Source: a virus (Duplodnaviria > Caudoviricetes). Taken from it: 33,393 bases of DNA. A program made the position numbers and the translations under genes. How positions within the stretch are numbered: the stretch's first letter is position 1; every line of letters begins with the position of its first letter. Positions 24,747 through 32,833 of this stretch are shown one piece after another. The stretch covers positions 1-33,393 of the IMG/VR virus record IMGVR_UViG_3300025639_000012. One strand, given 5' to 3'. Under the pieces are notes generated by a model. That model was not told the DNA's origin. It was given only the letters and a program-made list of their open reading frames with translations, and made no database searches.

Positions 24747-24961
24747 TGCATCTCCCCCTCAACCAGTTCAATTTCTTTCTCGCCTACGATGATAGCTATA
24801 ATCTTCACCATATCTTCCTGGCTAACATCGCCCAAAATAGTAATAGTGCCTAATTCATTCGTACTCTCAAGACGGACGCGGCTAATCAAATCTTCTTCCT
24901 CAGTCTTCATATCTTCTTCCTCAGTCTTCATAATTGCTTTCAAACTCTGCAAATTCACCAC
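24743..24961 (-). CDS. Hypothetical protein (true start probably 24931 or 24910)
   Basis: Open frame coupled to MTase by ATGA; begins with duplicated MKTEEED. Confidence 0.55.
   Translation of the reverse strand: MVNLQSLKAIMKTEEEDMKTEEEDLISRVRLESTNELGTITILGDVSQEDMVKIIAIIVGEKEIELVEGEMH
24890..24931. repeat. Perfect 21-bp tandem duplication ATCTTCTTCCTCAGTCTTCAT x2
   Basis: Read directly at 24890-24910 and 24911-24931. Confidence 0.95.
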
Positions 24962-25118
24962 AATCCGCGCACCGGCCTATCCCCTTATGCACATTGCCTT
25001 TAGGCATGGCTCCACAACAATTACTCACTGGGCGAATGTCATCATCTTTGTCCATCAGCAAAATGCCGTAGCTTTTCATCTGATCTTTCTCGTTCTTTTC
25101 CCGGCTCACGCTAACCAC
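24921..25118 (-). CDS. Hypothetical Zn-ribbon-like protein
   Basis: SNCCGA.......GRC.DC.E.AEF pattern. Confidence 0.62.
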   Translation of the reverse strand: MVSVSREKNEKDQMKSYGILLMDKDDDIRPVSNCCGAMPKGNVHKGIGRCADCGEFAEFESNYED

Positions 25119-25306
25119 CTTTTACATTTCGCTCTCATCTCGGCAATTTCCTTTTTTGAGTAAGCAGATTTAACATATAAGTCCTCACGGCCCATATCGC
25201 GCATCCGATGATTAAAGTCACGGTTGTCGGTAGTCCGACAGTCAATGAGTTCACTGTCATGGTCTTGATCGCTGCATCCTTGCAACACACTGTTCATAGC
25301 TTTCAC
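25106..25306 (-). CDS. Hypothetical protein
   Basis: Open frame overlapping end of initiator gene. Confidence 0.45.
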   Translation of the reverse strand: MKAMNSVLQGCSDQDHDSELIDCRTTDNRDFNHRMRDMGREDLYVKSAYSKKEIAEMRAKCKRWLA

Positions 25307-25997
25307 CTACCCTGGCGTTTTTATCTATCTCGGATTTTGAGTAGCCGCCAAACTTCTCACTGGATTGACCACCCGACTGCTGTCGCTGGAGCCGATCCAC
25401 GAATAAACCTGTGTATCTGCCAGTGATGGTGTAATCAACCACCTGTTGTTGATCTTTCGGTGACAACCCTGATAGTTGGTTACTGGCCTTGGCTCTAGCT
25501 AGATCGCTCAGTGGTTTGCGGATTTCTTTGCGGTGCTGCTCAAACTCTGCCCACACATCAGGATCAATGGTTTCGGGTAAGACAAATTTCTTCTTGGGTG
25601 CGCTACTCCCCTTAGTATTACTTTCTTTTTTAGTATTGGTAATATTAGTATTATTAAGGGCGTTGGTTTCCCACGTGTGGGTTTCCGCACTCTGCGGTTT
25701 CCCACGTGTGGGTTTCCCACGTGTGCCTGTAATTGCTAGTCTGTGAAGCGTTATTACTGTACCGCCAGTGGTCTTTGTTACTTCGTAAAGGCCATTATCT
25801 CGGAGTTCATTTGTCGCTGAACGCCACTTCCAATCACCTATGCTCAGTGCTTTGCGTATTTCTTTCGGGTGATACTTCCACTCAGAGTCCTTGCTTGCCA
25901 TATAGACATACACAGCTATAGCATCAACGGAAAGGCCGAGGTTGAATAGGTCGTTGCTGACCATAGTGAAACCGTCTTTAGTGTTGTTTGTGGGCAT
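25257..25997 (-). CDS. Replication initiator (lambda O-like, N-terminal winged HTH)
   Basis: FTMVSN...LS..A..VY.YM.S....W...EL..NG; central iteron-encoded repeats; LP..ID..VW.EF..HRK.IRKPL C-domain; position after cro/cII. Confidence 0.85.
   Translation of the reverse strand: MPTNNTKDGFTMVSNDLFNLGLSVDAIAVYVYMASKDSEWKYHPKEIRKALSIGDWKWRSATNELRDNGLYEVTKTTGGTVITLHRLAITGTRGKPTRGKPQSAETHTWETNALNNTNITNTKKESNTKGSSAPKKKFVLPETIDPDVWAEFEQHRKEIRKPLSDLARAKASNQLSGLSPKDQQQVVDYTITGRYTGLFVDRLQRQQSGGQSSEKFGGYSKSEIDKNARVGESYEQCVARMQRSRP
25612..25725. repeat. ori: Replication origin: four tandem iterons GGTTTCCCACGTGTG (one degenerate) plus adjacent AT-rich tract
   Basis: Copies at 25665, 25680 (variant), 25696 and 25711; AT-rich 25612-25657; inside initiator gene as in lambdoid phages. 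Confidence 0.85.
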
Positions 25998-25999
25998 CC

Positions 26000-26203
26000 C
26001 TAATCGCCCCTATCCGTCTGGTTGCTTGTGGTTTCAGTAACGCATAGCCTAGAGGCATGACCAAACAGATGAGAGGTGACGACATGGTGGACGTAATCCC
26101 CAATCGTGCGATCAGAGATAGCCGCCAACTTCGACAGCACAAGAAATTCCGAGTCCGTAAACCGCGACTTCACTTCATTGATCCGTTTCTCATTGCCAAC
26201 CAT
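26000..26203 (-). CDS. Small DNA-binding protein in cII position, ribbon-helix-helix-like
   Basis: EVKSRFTDSEF..LSKLA....RTIGDYV pattern; GAGGTG RBS. Confidence 0.65.
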   Translation of the reverse strand: MVGNEKRINEVKSRFTDSEFLVLSKLAAISDRTIGDYVHHVVTSHLFGHASRLCVTETTSNQTDRGD

Positions 26204-26242
26204 CGCTCACCTCATCAGTTTGATTTGTTCGATTTATACGCC

Positions 26243-26268
26243 AAAAAAGAACCCCCGGTTAAGGGGGC
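26243..26268 (-). terminator. Intrinsic terminator after cro (tR1-like)
   Basis: GCCCCC-UUAACC-GGGGGU hairpin followed by UCUUUUUU. Confidence 0.8.
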
Positions 26269-26278
26269 AAAAGAGGCG

Positions 26279-26476
26279 CTAACCATAGATATCGGGGCGT
26301 AAGTCTTTGCGGCTAATTTGCCCGTCCGTTATACGTTCTATTTTTTGTGCGATCTGGAATGTGACATTGCGTCTGCCGGTGATAAGGTGGCTGACTTGAC
26401 CGGGCGAGATTCCCAATTCGGCAGCGGCTTTAGCACGACCCCCCACGATGACACAAAAGGCTTCAATATGTTTCAT
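26279..26476 (-). CDS. cro: Cro / YdaS-like HTH regulator (65 aa; start re-placed at 26476)
   Basis: GG..KAA.ELGISPGQVSHL..GRR......A.KIE..T.GQISRKDLRPDIYG; divergent from cI. Confidence 0.9.
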   Translation of the reverse strand: MKHIEAFCVIVGGRAKAAAELGISPGQVSHLITGRRNVTFQIAQKIERITDGQISRKDLRPDIYG

Positions 26477-26569
26477 GCCTACAACTCTACCAAGAGTAGA
26501 GATGAGCGTCAAGAAATATCTATACCCGAAGTATACTCCGATGACCATCGTCAGAGGATAATAGAGCCT
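26477..26569. promoter_or_regulatory. Genetic switch: pR (TTGACG-17-TAGAGT, minus), pRM-like (GATAAT, plus) and operators
   Basis: pR -35 26507-26512, -10 26484-26489; inverted repeats CTCTAC-N5-GTAGAG 26485-26501 and TATAC-N5-GTATA 26521-26535; GATAAT 26557-26562. Confidence 0.8.
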
Positions 26570-26893
26570 ATGAAAACTAATACCTGGGTTTCCGAAACCC
26601 TCAAGCTGATGCGTGAGCGCAACATGACGCAAGAGAGGATGGCCGACAGGCTAGGAATCACTTTGGGCGCTTTCAATCACTGGATGACGGAAAGGCGAAA
26701 GCCTAGGTATGAAAACATCGAACAGATTGCCAAGATTCTCGGTGTACCGGTCACACAATTGACCGCGCCCAACGCATCTCTCCCTACAGCCGAAGAAACA
26801 AAAATGCTCACAGATTTGAGGAATTTGAGCGCTGAAAATCAATTACTTATCGAAGCAATGATCCGCTCTTTAGCCAAAAAATACGACAAATAG
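26570..26893 (+). CDS. cI: CI-like XRE-family repressor without S24 peptidase domain (107 aa; start re-placed at 26570)
   Basis: LK.LM.E..MTQE.MA.RLG.T.GAFNHW..ERRKP....IEQIA..LGV HTH; short helical C-terminus. Confidence 0.88.
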   Translation: MKTNTWVSETLKLMRERNMTQERMADRLGITLGAFNHWMTERRKPRYENIEQIAKILGVPVTQLTAPNASLPTAEETKMLTDLRNLSAENQLLIEAMIRSLAKKYDK

Positions 26894-27015
26894 CCTTAAA
26901 CTGTCTAGTGCTGCTGATAAATTTGTAGGTCAAAATAGACAATCCTCGATAAACGGCTTGCTGATGTTCTTTTATGTGCTACAAAGGCAATAACATTAAT
27001 TCAAAGGGAATTTGG

Positions 27016-27168
<153 letters not shown>

Positions 27169-27215
27169 CTTCATCTAATCTTTTTAACATCAATAATATA
27201 AGGAGACATAAAAAA

Positions 27216-27266
27216 TATACGGATAGTTGATATTTGCTTGCCTTTTCAATATACACAAAGTATAGT
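27216..27266 (+). promoter_or_regulatory. pL-like sigma70 promoter (TTGCCT-17-TATAGT) with overlapping operator(s)
   Basis: -35 27238-27243, -10 27261-27266; TATAC-N5-GTATA 27250-27264; weaker TATAC-N5-GTTGA 27216-27230. Confidence 0.8.
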
Positions 27267-27297
27267 TGGTTAACACCAAACGAAAAGGGGCCGGAAA

Positions 27298-27435
27298 ATG
27301 AAAGACTACAAAAACTGCACTTCATTCAATCAACCACAGCAAGAATCAGTATTTGAAGCTGTTGCTGCTGGAATCGGTTTCCTATTTTGTTTGGCATCAG
27401 GCTGGGCAGTCCTTGCCCTAGTATCTTTTAATTAA
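27298..27435 (+). CDS. 45-aa predicted membrane peptide, first gene of the early operon (not in ORF track)
   Basis: MKDYKNCTSFNQPQQESVFEAVAAGIGFLFCLASGWAVLALVSFN; AAGGGG RBS. Confidence 0.6.
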   Translation: MKDYKNCTSFNQPQQESVFEAVAAGIGFLFCLASGWAVLALVSFN

Positions 27436-27446
27436 CGGAGAGAATC

Positions 27447-27614
27447 ATGACCACACTACAAGAATTGCAACTCGATGAAGAACAGCGCATTGATGACATC
27501 AAACAGGCTCGTGAGGATGCCATTAGCGGCAAGCCGTTAGCAGAGCAGTCTTATGAATACTACAACGCTTATACGCAAGCACACCTGACTGCTGCATTGA
27601 ACGGGGGTGAGTAA
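27447..27614 (+). CDS. 55-aa hypothetical protein (not in ORF track)
   Basis: GGAG RBS; MTTLQELQLDEEQRIDD...; TAATG coupling to next gene. Confidence 0.68.
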   Translation: MTTLQELQLDEEQRIDDIKQAREDAISGKPLAEQSYEYYNAYTQAHLTAALNGGE

Positions 27615-28147
27615 TGAACTTGGAACCCTTGGGTCTTGAGAAAAAGAGGCCAAGGCTGGCCATCCCAAAGATTCAGAACATTAGAAGATCATTCCGCTTG
27701 AATATTTCGCCAGAAAGCCTATATGACTATCAGCACGCCATCGGTACGTTCACTAGGTTTGTGATGCTGAAAGTCGATCTGCACCCTGTTGACCTTTCTT
27801 ACGGACCACTACAGCAAGCCTTATTAGATATTAGATATTCTCATACTCAACTTAGAAATGAACTGCAAGAACACAACGATATTACCTCAAAGGATATGTC
27901 ACTTATTACTTACGACTATCACTATGATGCGGCACGGATGTTTAGCGAGGATGATTTGCTGAATGACATGGAAGATCAATGTCTTAAAAATCTAAAACTA
28001 GAACTTGAGCAGATTGAAGACTTCCTAATCAACAACGTGGAAGTTTTACCGATCCTAAAGTTCTTTCACACTAAAAATTTCTATACAAAAGTTGACGAGG
28101 CACTTATTGAGTGTGTCCGAGGAGTGAAAAATGAATCCATACAGTGA
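27614..28147 (+). CDS. Hypothetical protein
   Basis: 177-aa open frame in early operon, coupled at both ends. Confidence 0.7.
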   Translation: MNLEPLGLEKKRPRLAIPKIQNIRRSFRLNISPESLYDYQHAIGTFTRFVMLKVDLHPVDLSYGPLQQALLDIRYSHTQLRNELQEHNDITSKDMSLITYDYHYDAARMFSEDDLLNDMEDQCLKNLKLELEQIEDFLINNVEVLPILKFFHTKNFYTKVDEALIECVRGVKNESIQ

Positions 28148-28412
28148 TTATGCGACTGATGAACAACGTGATGGAGTCTGTAAGGCTACCAATCAGAACA
28201 CGGCTATCGACCAAATTGAATTTGCCAAGGTCGTTAATCGTAAACATGAAACGCTTGAAGTAAAGGCAGCCAAAGAACGTGAATCGAAAGTTGAACTGCT
28301 TGAGGATTTAGAGGCAACTCTGCTCGATCTATCCTTTAACCATGTTGCGTCAGACCGGCTTTACGAGGCTGTTGAGGAAGAACGCGACACACTAAAAAAG
28401 GAACTGTCATGA
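28131..28412 (+). CDS. Hypothetical protein
   Basis: GAGGAG RBS; ATGA overlap with erf. Confidence 0.72.
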   Translation: MNPYSDYATDEQRDGVCKATNQNTAIDQIEFAKVVNRKHETLEVKAAKERESKVELLEDLEATLLDLSFNHVASDRLYEAVEEERDTLKKELS

Positions 28413-29044
28413 ACATTAGACAAAAACTCAGCATCGTTCAGAAGAACTTAGTAGCCAACAAAGGGCAGACCAACACATTCGGCAAGTATTCGTACCGCTC
28501 ATGTGAGGATATCTTAGAGGCTCTAAAGCCTCATTTGGATGGCTGTACCGTCACCCTATCCGATGAAATCGTGATGGTCGGTGATCGGATTTACGTCAAA
28601 TCAACTGCAACCTTTGCTGATGAATCTAACGCCATTGATGTCACAGCTTTTGCGCGTGAACCCGAAAGCCGGAAAGGCATGGATGATGCCCAGTTAACCG
28701 GGTCAACCGGATCCTATTCTCGAAAATATGCTTTGAATGGACTTTTTTGCATTGACGATGTGAAAGATGCTGACACGATGGACAACAGAAAATACGAAAC
28801 GCTCAAGGCTAAAGTTGGGCCAGTTGAGGAATCAGCTAACGCCATCCTTGAATTACTGGTCGATCCCGACATCAGCGAGAGCGACAGAGATTCCGCTATC
28901 CATGAAATATGGAGCGAACTGTCGCGTGACGAACAAACTGTTGCGTGGAGAGCGCAGAGCAAGGGCGGCTACTTCAACCAAGAACAAAAGAACATCATCC
29001 GAGCATCATCAAATTCAACCACAGATAAGGAAAAAGCAGCATGA
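28409..29044 (+). CDS. erf: ERF-family single-strand annealing protein
   Basis: K.Q.N.FGKYSYRSCEDILEALKP, ARE...RKGMD.AQLTGS..SYSRKYALNGLF.IDD.KDAD. Confidence 0.92.
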   Translation: MNIRQKLSIVQKNLVANKGQTNTFGKYSYRSCEDILEALKPHLDGCTVTLSDEIVMVGDRIYVKSTATFADESNAIDVTAFAREPESRKGMDDAQLTGSTGSYSRKYALNGLFCIDDVKDADTMDNRKYETLKAKVGPVEESANAILELLVDPDISESDRDSAIHEIWSELSRDEQTVAWRAQSKGGYFNQEQKNIIRASSNSTTDKEKAA

Positions 29045-29343
29045 GCAAAATAGGCATAAATATTAGCATTGATGTCAGCAAGATTGACAAATCGAGATTG
29101 TTCAAAGGTAAGAAAGGAACGTACCTGGACCTAACTACTTTCATCGACCCTGATAAACCGGATCAGTATGAGCAGCATGGCTTCATCAGCCAATCGACTT
29201 CCAAGGAAGAGCGTGAGCAAGGCACTCAAACGCCAATCTTGGGCAACTGTAAAGTCTTCTTCACTGAGGGCGGCAGCAGTGCCGGATCGCCACAACCAGC
29301 GCAGTCTATGGCTGATTTAGATTCTGATGACATTCCTTTCTAG
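29041..29343 (+). CDS. Putative single-stranded DNA-binding protein
   Basis: Follows erf; IDV.KIDK..LF.GKKG.YLDL; flexible linker and acidic DSDDIPF tail. Confidence 0.72.
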   Translation: MSKIGINISIDVSKIDKSRLFKGKKGTYLDLTTFIDPDKPDQYEQHGFISQSTSKEEREQGTQTPILGNCKVFFTEGGSSAGSPQPAQSMADLDSDDIPF

Positions 29344-29354
29344 GGGGGGGCAGC

Positions 29355-29567
29355 ATGACTGATCTTGAAACCAAAAATAAAAGAATCAAAGAACTGGAAG
29401 ATACTGTGCAAAGCCTGTCCGGTGACTTAGTGAAATTGCGCGAGGCGTTCATGGAGTCTGATATTGATGTTTATGACAAATTATTCACTCTTGACCAGAC
29501 GGTAAATAAACTGGGCGTTCTTATCGGTTCGGTGGAAACAATGAAAAAACTAGCGAGGGAATCATGA
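29355..29567 (+). CDS. Hypothetical coiled-coil protein
   Basis: Open frame, purine-rich RBS, coupled to next gene. Confidence 0.65.
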   Translation: MTDLETKNKRIKELEDTVQSLSGDLVKLREAFMESDIDVYDKLFTLDQTVNKLGVLIGSVETMKKLARES

Positions 29568-29983
29568 GCGATAAGCAGAAAAAGGTATACCTGACTTTCC
29601 CGGAACAGCAGCAACTTCACGCCTTGCTTCTGTCCTGGGTAGGCACTGAAAAACTTGAGAATAAAAAGATGGATGACATTGTTGCAGCGGTCAATGATGA
29701 GTTGGATATAGATAAAACTATCAGTGGCACACATATCAAAACGCTCAAGAGGGCGTGTGATGATTTGGATTGGGAGCCAATAAAGGGCCGTCAGTCCAGA
29801 ACAGACTCCCTAACCAATAAGGTTGAGCAAATACTGTCAGATCAACTTCTCCAGGGGGCCGTAAATAAAATGCTAGTGGATCAAGCTGAAAAACATTCGG
29901 CACTCATTGATAACCTGGTGAAAGAGGTGATTAAAATCAGGGATGGGCAGTACCCGACCTTAACGCGAGGCACTAATGGCTGA
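29564..29983 (+). CDS. Hypothetical protein
   Basis: GAGGG RBS; coupled at both ends. Confidence 0.68.
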   Translation: MSDKQKKVYLTFPEQQQLHALLLSWVGTEKLENKKMDDIVAAVNDELDIDKTISGTHIKTLKRACDDLDWEPIKGRQSRTDSLTNKVEQILSDQLLQGAVNKMLVDQAEKHSALIDNLVKEVIKIRDGQYPTLTRGTNG

Positions 29984-30260
29984 AGAAATTGAAATGAACC
30001 TCGATGAAAAACTGGAGATGCACGACCAGACAATGGCTGATGTCATGGTCACTCTGCAAACTACTCTCGACAATGTGCAGAAGATAGCTGATCGACAAGA
30101 AAAGCTACACGCTGCGCTGATTGAGTTTGAAGATCAGCATCATCGAGAAATGTTCCAAGTGCTGGACACACACCAAAAAGTATTAGCGATTCAAGAAACT
30201 GATCGCCAAACCCTAGCGAATCTTGTCGATGCTGTTAGGGAATTGCGAAAGGGGGCGTAA
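29976..30260 (+). CDS. Hypothetical coiled-coil protein
   Basis: GAGG RBS; heptad pattern. Confidence 0.68.
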   Translation: MAEEIEMNLDEKLEMHDQTMADVMVTLQTTLDNVQKIADRQEKLHAALIEFEDQHHREMFQVLDTHQKVLAIQETDRQTLANLVDAVRELRKGA

Positions 30261-30499
30261 TGGCTGAAGATTTAGGGGATAAATTTTTAAGGGGGGGATT
30301 TTCGATGAGTTTTAAAACAACAAGCAAGGCGCTGACTCAGGCTTTTGAAGTGTTAATGTCAGAGTTTGAAACGCTGGATAGCAGTCCATCAGACAAAAGG
30401 ATAAAAACCGCTCTTGAAGTCGTTGAGGGCAGAGTAATGATCCTTGAATCGAAACTGATTGATGCTGAACTAGCGATAGCAGAATTAAGAAAACTATAA
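30260..30499 (+). CDS. Hypothetical coiled-coil protein
   Basis: TAATG coupling; alternative start at MSFK. Confidence 0.62.
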   Translation: MAEDLGDKFLRGGFSMSFKTTSKALTQAFEVLMSEFETLDSSPSDKRIKTALEVVEGRVMILESKLIDAELAIAELRKL

Positions 30500-30508
30500 G
30501 CGCGTAAA

Positions 30509-30671
30509 TCTGTGAGTGGCGTGAGGTTTTTTAAGTTCCCCTCAAAAACCGCAGAGGATGCCGGTCAGTCAACCTCAAGAATGGGGCATTGTAGTGCCTC
30601 CTCTCTCCGTGACTGATGCGGTATCAAGATGTGTGAGGGGTGGGTATGTCGTGATACTCACCTCTCATTTT
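30509..30671 (+). ncRNA. Candidate structured small RNA / attenuator in early operon
   Basis: Three consecutive stem-loops (30509-30555, 30557-30625, 30634-30667) filling a 195-nt gap. Confidence 0.5.
30634..30671 (+). terminator. Probable intrinsic terminator
   Basis: 14-bp stem UGAGGGGUGGGUAU/AUACUCACCUCUCA (G:U pairs favour + strand) followed by UUUU. Confidence 0.6.
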
Positions 30672-30694
30672 ACTAACAAGCAAAGAGGTTAATC

Positions 30695-30943
30695 ATGAAA
30701 GAAACGATCACATTAAAGGAGCAATTAACCCAAGCAACAAAAAGGGCAGCCTATAACAGAGGCTACCTAGCTGCGCTCATTACGGCATTACGCGCAGACC
30801 CTCTTGAGGATTTGGACGAGGTAGCAGAGGACGCATACAACCAGGGCAGTCAACAAGCGATGCACGACATCGCCAACACTCTCTCTCCAATTTTACAAAC
30901 TGCGCTTGATCGCGCACTTACCGGTGAAACAAAGGAATCATAA
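30695..30943 (+). CDS. Hypothetical protein
   Basis: GAGGT RBS; AYN.G repeated twice. Confidence 0.7.
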   Translation: MKETITLKEQLTQATKRAAYNRGYLAALITALRADPLEDLDEVAEDAYNQGSQQAMHDIANTLSPILQTALDRALTGETKES

Positions 30944-31128
30944 TGGCATCTTTAGTTATAGACCAAACTGATAGTTATGAGATGAAACGCAGCAAAATGT
31001 ATAAAGCGCTCGTTGATTCAAACTTCGATAAATTCTTAGCCAGCGAATTAGTCGGCTTACGAATCTATGAATTTCAATATCTTATGGCTGAGTACAAAAT
31101 AAAGCGGCCTTATCGGGTAGCGTCATGA
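30943..31128 (+). CDS. Small protein, Fis-like HTH pattern
   Basis: KAL..SNF.K..ASELVGL...EFQY.M.EY.I resembles the Fis/NtrC C-terminal HTH; AAGGA RBS. Confidence 0.55.
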   Translation: MASLVIDQTDSYEMKRSKMYKALVDSNFDKFLASELVGLRIYEFQYLMAEYKIKRPYRVAS

Positions 31129-31559
31129 GTGCCACGCATCGCTGTACACGGTGCCGGGAAGTCCATGATATATCTAACTTTTATCAAAAACGTGATGCGC
31201 GTACCGGCCTTAGTTCATGGTGCAAGCCATGCGTCAAAAACAGCGTAGTAGAGAAAGGTAAGCGCTGCATTGAGTGTCATGAAAAGAAACCGCTAACCCA
31301 TTTTCACCGTGATATATCAGCCAGCGATGGCCGTAACACCGAGTGCAGAAGATGTCAGCAAGGTCATAAGCCGAAATCACTGATGCGCGGCTCGGTACTG
31401 TGGTCAGACCCAGTGGATTTTCCACGCATCATTGAGCATTTGGGTGTTCGTGCTGTGGGTCTTAATGACCGCGAAAAGATCGCCTTATGGAATGAGTTAA
31501 CCGATTTTGTGCTGCCACGCGAGAGCATGAAAAGCGATCCACTAAAAATAATCGTTTAA
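31125..31559 (+). CDS. Protein with two tandem C4 Zn-finger-like repeats
   Basis: C..C...K....F......DG....C..C repeated twice; no HNH catalytic motif seen. Confidence 0.7.
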   Translation: MSATHRCTRCREVHDISNFYQKRDARTGLSSWCKPCVKNSVVEKGKRCIECHEKKPLTHFHRDISASDGRNTECRRCQQGHKPKSLMRGSVLWSDPVDFPRIIEHLGVRAVGLNDREKIALWNELTDFVLPRESMKSDPLKIIV

Positions 31560-31563
31560 CAAA

Positions 31564-31821
31564 ATGAACCTCGTCACCATCAAAAGATTTGCAGATTTAT
31601 CAGGCTACAGCGACAATGCTGTCAGGTCTAAAATCAAGCGAGGCGAGTGGACCTTTTACATTACGGCCCCGGATGGTCGGGTATTAATCAGCATTTTGGG
31701 GTATGAGGCATGGGCAGAGGGGTCAGAGCAGCAAGCAAATCAACAATCGAAATCACTTTCCAACTTGACGGAAAGCGTTGCCGGGAACGGCTCCCACTCA
31801 TCCCCACCACCGCTAACCTAA
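31564..31821 (+). CDS. xis: Excisionase / recombination directionality factor
   Basis: VTIKRFA.LSGYS.NAVR.KI.RG.W.....APDGRVLI...GYE.W; overlaps integrase start. Confidence 0.85.
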   Translation: MNLVTIKRFADLSGYSDNAVRSKIKRGEWTFYITAPDGRVLISILGYEAWAEGSEQQANQQSKSLSNLTESVAGNGSHSSPPPLT

Positions 31822-32828
31822 AGAAAGCGCAGCGCCATAGAGATGCCATCGTTGAAGCGATTGAACTCGGTGTATTCGACTACAACACCACCTTTCCCGC
31901 CAGCAAACACGCACTCAAGCCTGTAACCCTAACGATTGAACGCTACCTGGATGAATGGCTAACCGCTAAACGCCCTACCCTCAAAGCATCAACCATAGCC
32001 GGTTACGATAAGATCATTGGGCAGATTGTGGCCCAGTTCGGGGCCGTACAGTTACACCAACTAACACGCAGAATGGTACGCGAATGGGTAGCTGGCATGA
32101 GTTGCAGCACCAAACGAATCGCCAACATCTTATCGCCACTCCGATCAGCGCTACAGGATGCTGTGTACGATGATTTGATTAAGGTGAACCCACTCTACGG
32201 ATGGAACTACAAGAAGAATGAGCCGCCCAGGGAGAAAAGAATCGACCCACTGACCAAAGACGAACAAAGTATACTGCTCGATATAGCCTCTGGTTCGGCC
32301 AATAACCTAGTAAAACTCGCCCTTTGGACCGGTTTAAGGACATCAGAGATAGTTGCCCTTACCTGGGGAAATATCGACTGGAATAGGGGTGTTATTTCGG
32401 TCTGTATGGCTAAGACCCAAGACGCTAGACAAGCAGAAACGCCAAAGACATTATCCGGCATCCGTGAAGTGAAGTTATTACCCCCAGCACTGGATGCTTT
32501 GCTACACCAAAAAAAGTACACGTTCTTAGCTGATGGCCCTGTATTTGTGAATCCACGCACCCAACAGGCATGGACAGGCGATCAACCAATCAGACGCACC
32601 CTATGGATACCTTTGCTTAAAAAGGCTGGCATCCGTTACCGATCACCCTATCAAACGCGCCACACTTACGCATCAATGATGCTGTCTGCCGGTGAACCTT
32701 TAGCCTGGGTGTCGAAACAGTTGGGTCATTCAGATGTGCTAGTCACAGCTAGAACTTACGCTACCTGGATACCGGATGCGCGGCCAGAGGCCGGTGATGC
32801 TGCTGTGAAGTTGTTTGGAAAAGGTTAG
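31710..32828 (+). CDS. int: Tyrosine integrase with N-terminal arm-binding domain
   Basis: I.I.F...GKRCRE.L arm domain; TGLRTSE, PKT, YQTRHTYAS, QLGH, TYATWI catalytic motifs. Confidence 0.96.
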   Translation: MGRGVRAASKSTIEITFQLDGKRCRERLPLIPTTANLKKAQRHRDAIVEAIELGVFDYNTTFPASKHALKPVTLTIERYLDEWLTAKRPTLKASTIAGYDKIIGQIVAQFGAVQLHQLTRRMVREWVAGMSCSTKRIANILSPLRSALQDAVYDDLIKVNPLYGWNYKKNEPPREKRIDPLTKDEQSILLDIASGSANNLVKLALWTGLRTSEIVALTWGNIDWNRGVISVCMAKTQDARQAETPKTLSGIREVKLLPPALDALLHQKKYTFLADGPVFVNPRTQQAWTGDQPIRRTLWIPLLKKAGIRYRSPYQTRHTYASMMLSAGEPLAWVSKQLGHSDVLVTARTYATWIPDARPEAGDAAVKLFGKG

Positions 32829-32833
32829 AGAAA

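Noticed and set aside
25665-25725. Mini CRISPR array
   Set aside because: Repeats are 15-16 bp and abut without spacers, inside the initiator gene; these are iterons and no cas genes are present
26318-26632. Long overlapping N-terminal extensions of cI (from 26318) and cro (from 26632) in the ORF track
   Set aside because: They would run through each other and through the promoter/operator region; the HTH domains begin at 26570 and 26476
31125-31559. HNH homing endonuclease
   Set aside because: Has Zn-finger repeats like those attached to HNH proteins, but no HNH or endonuclease VII catalytic motif is visible
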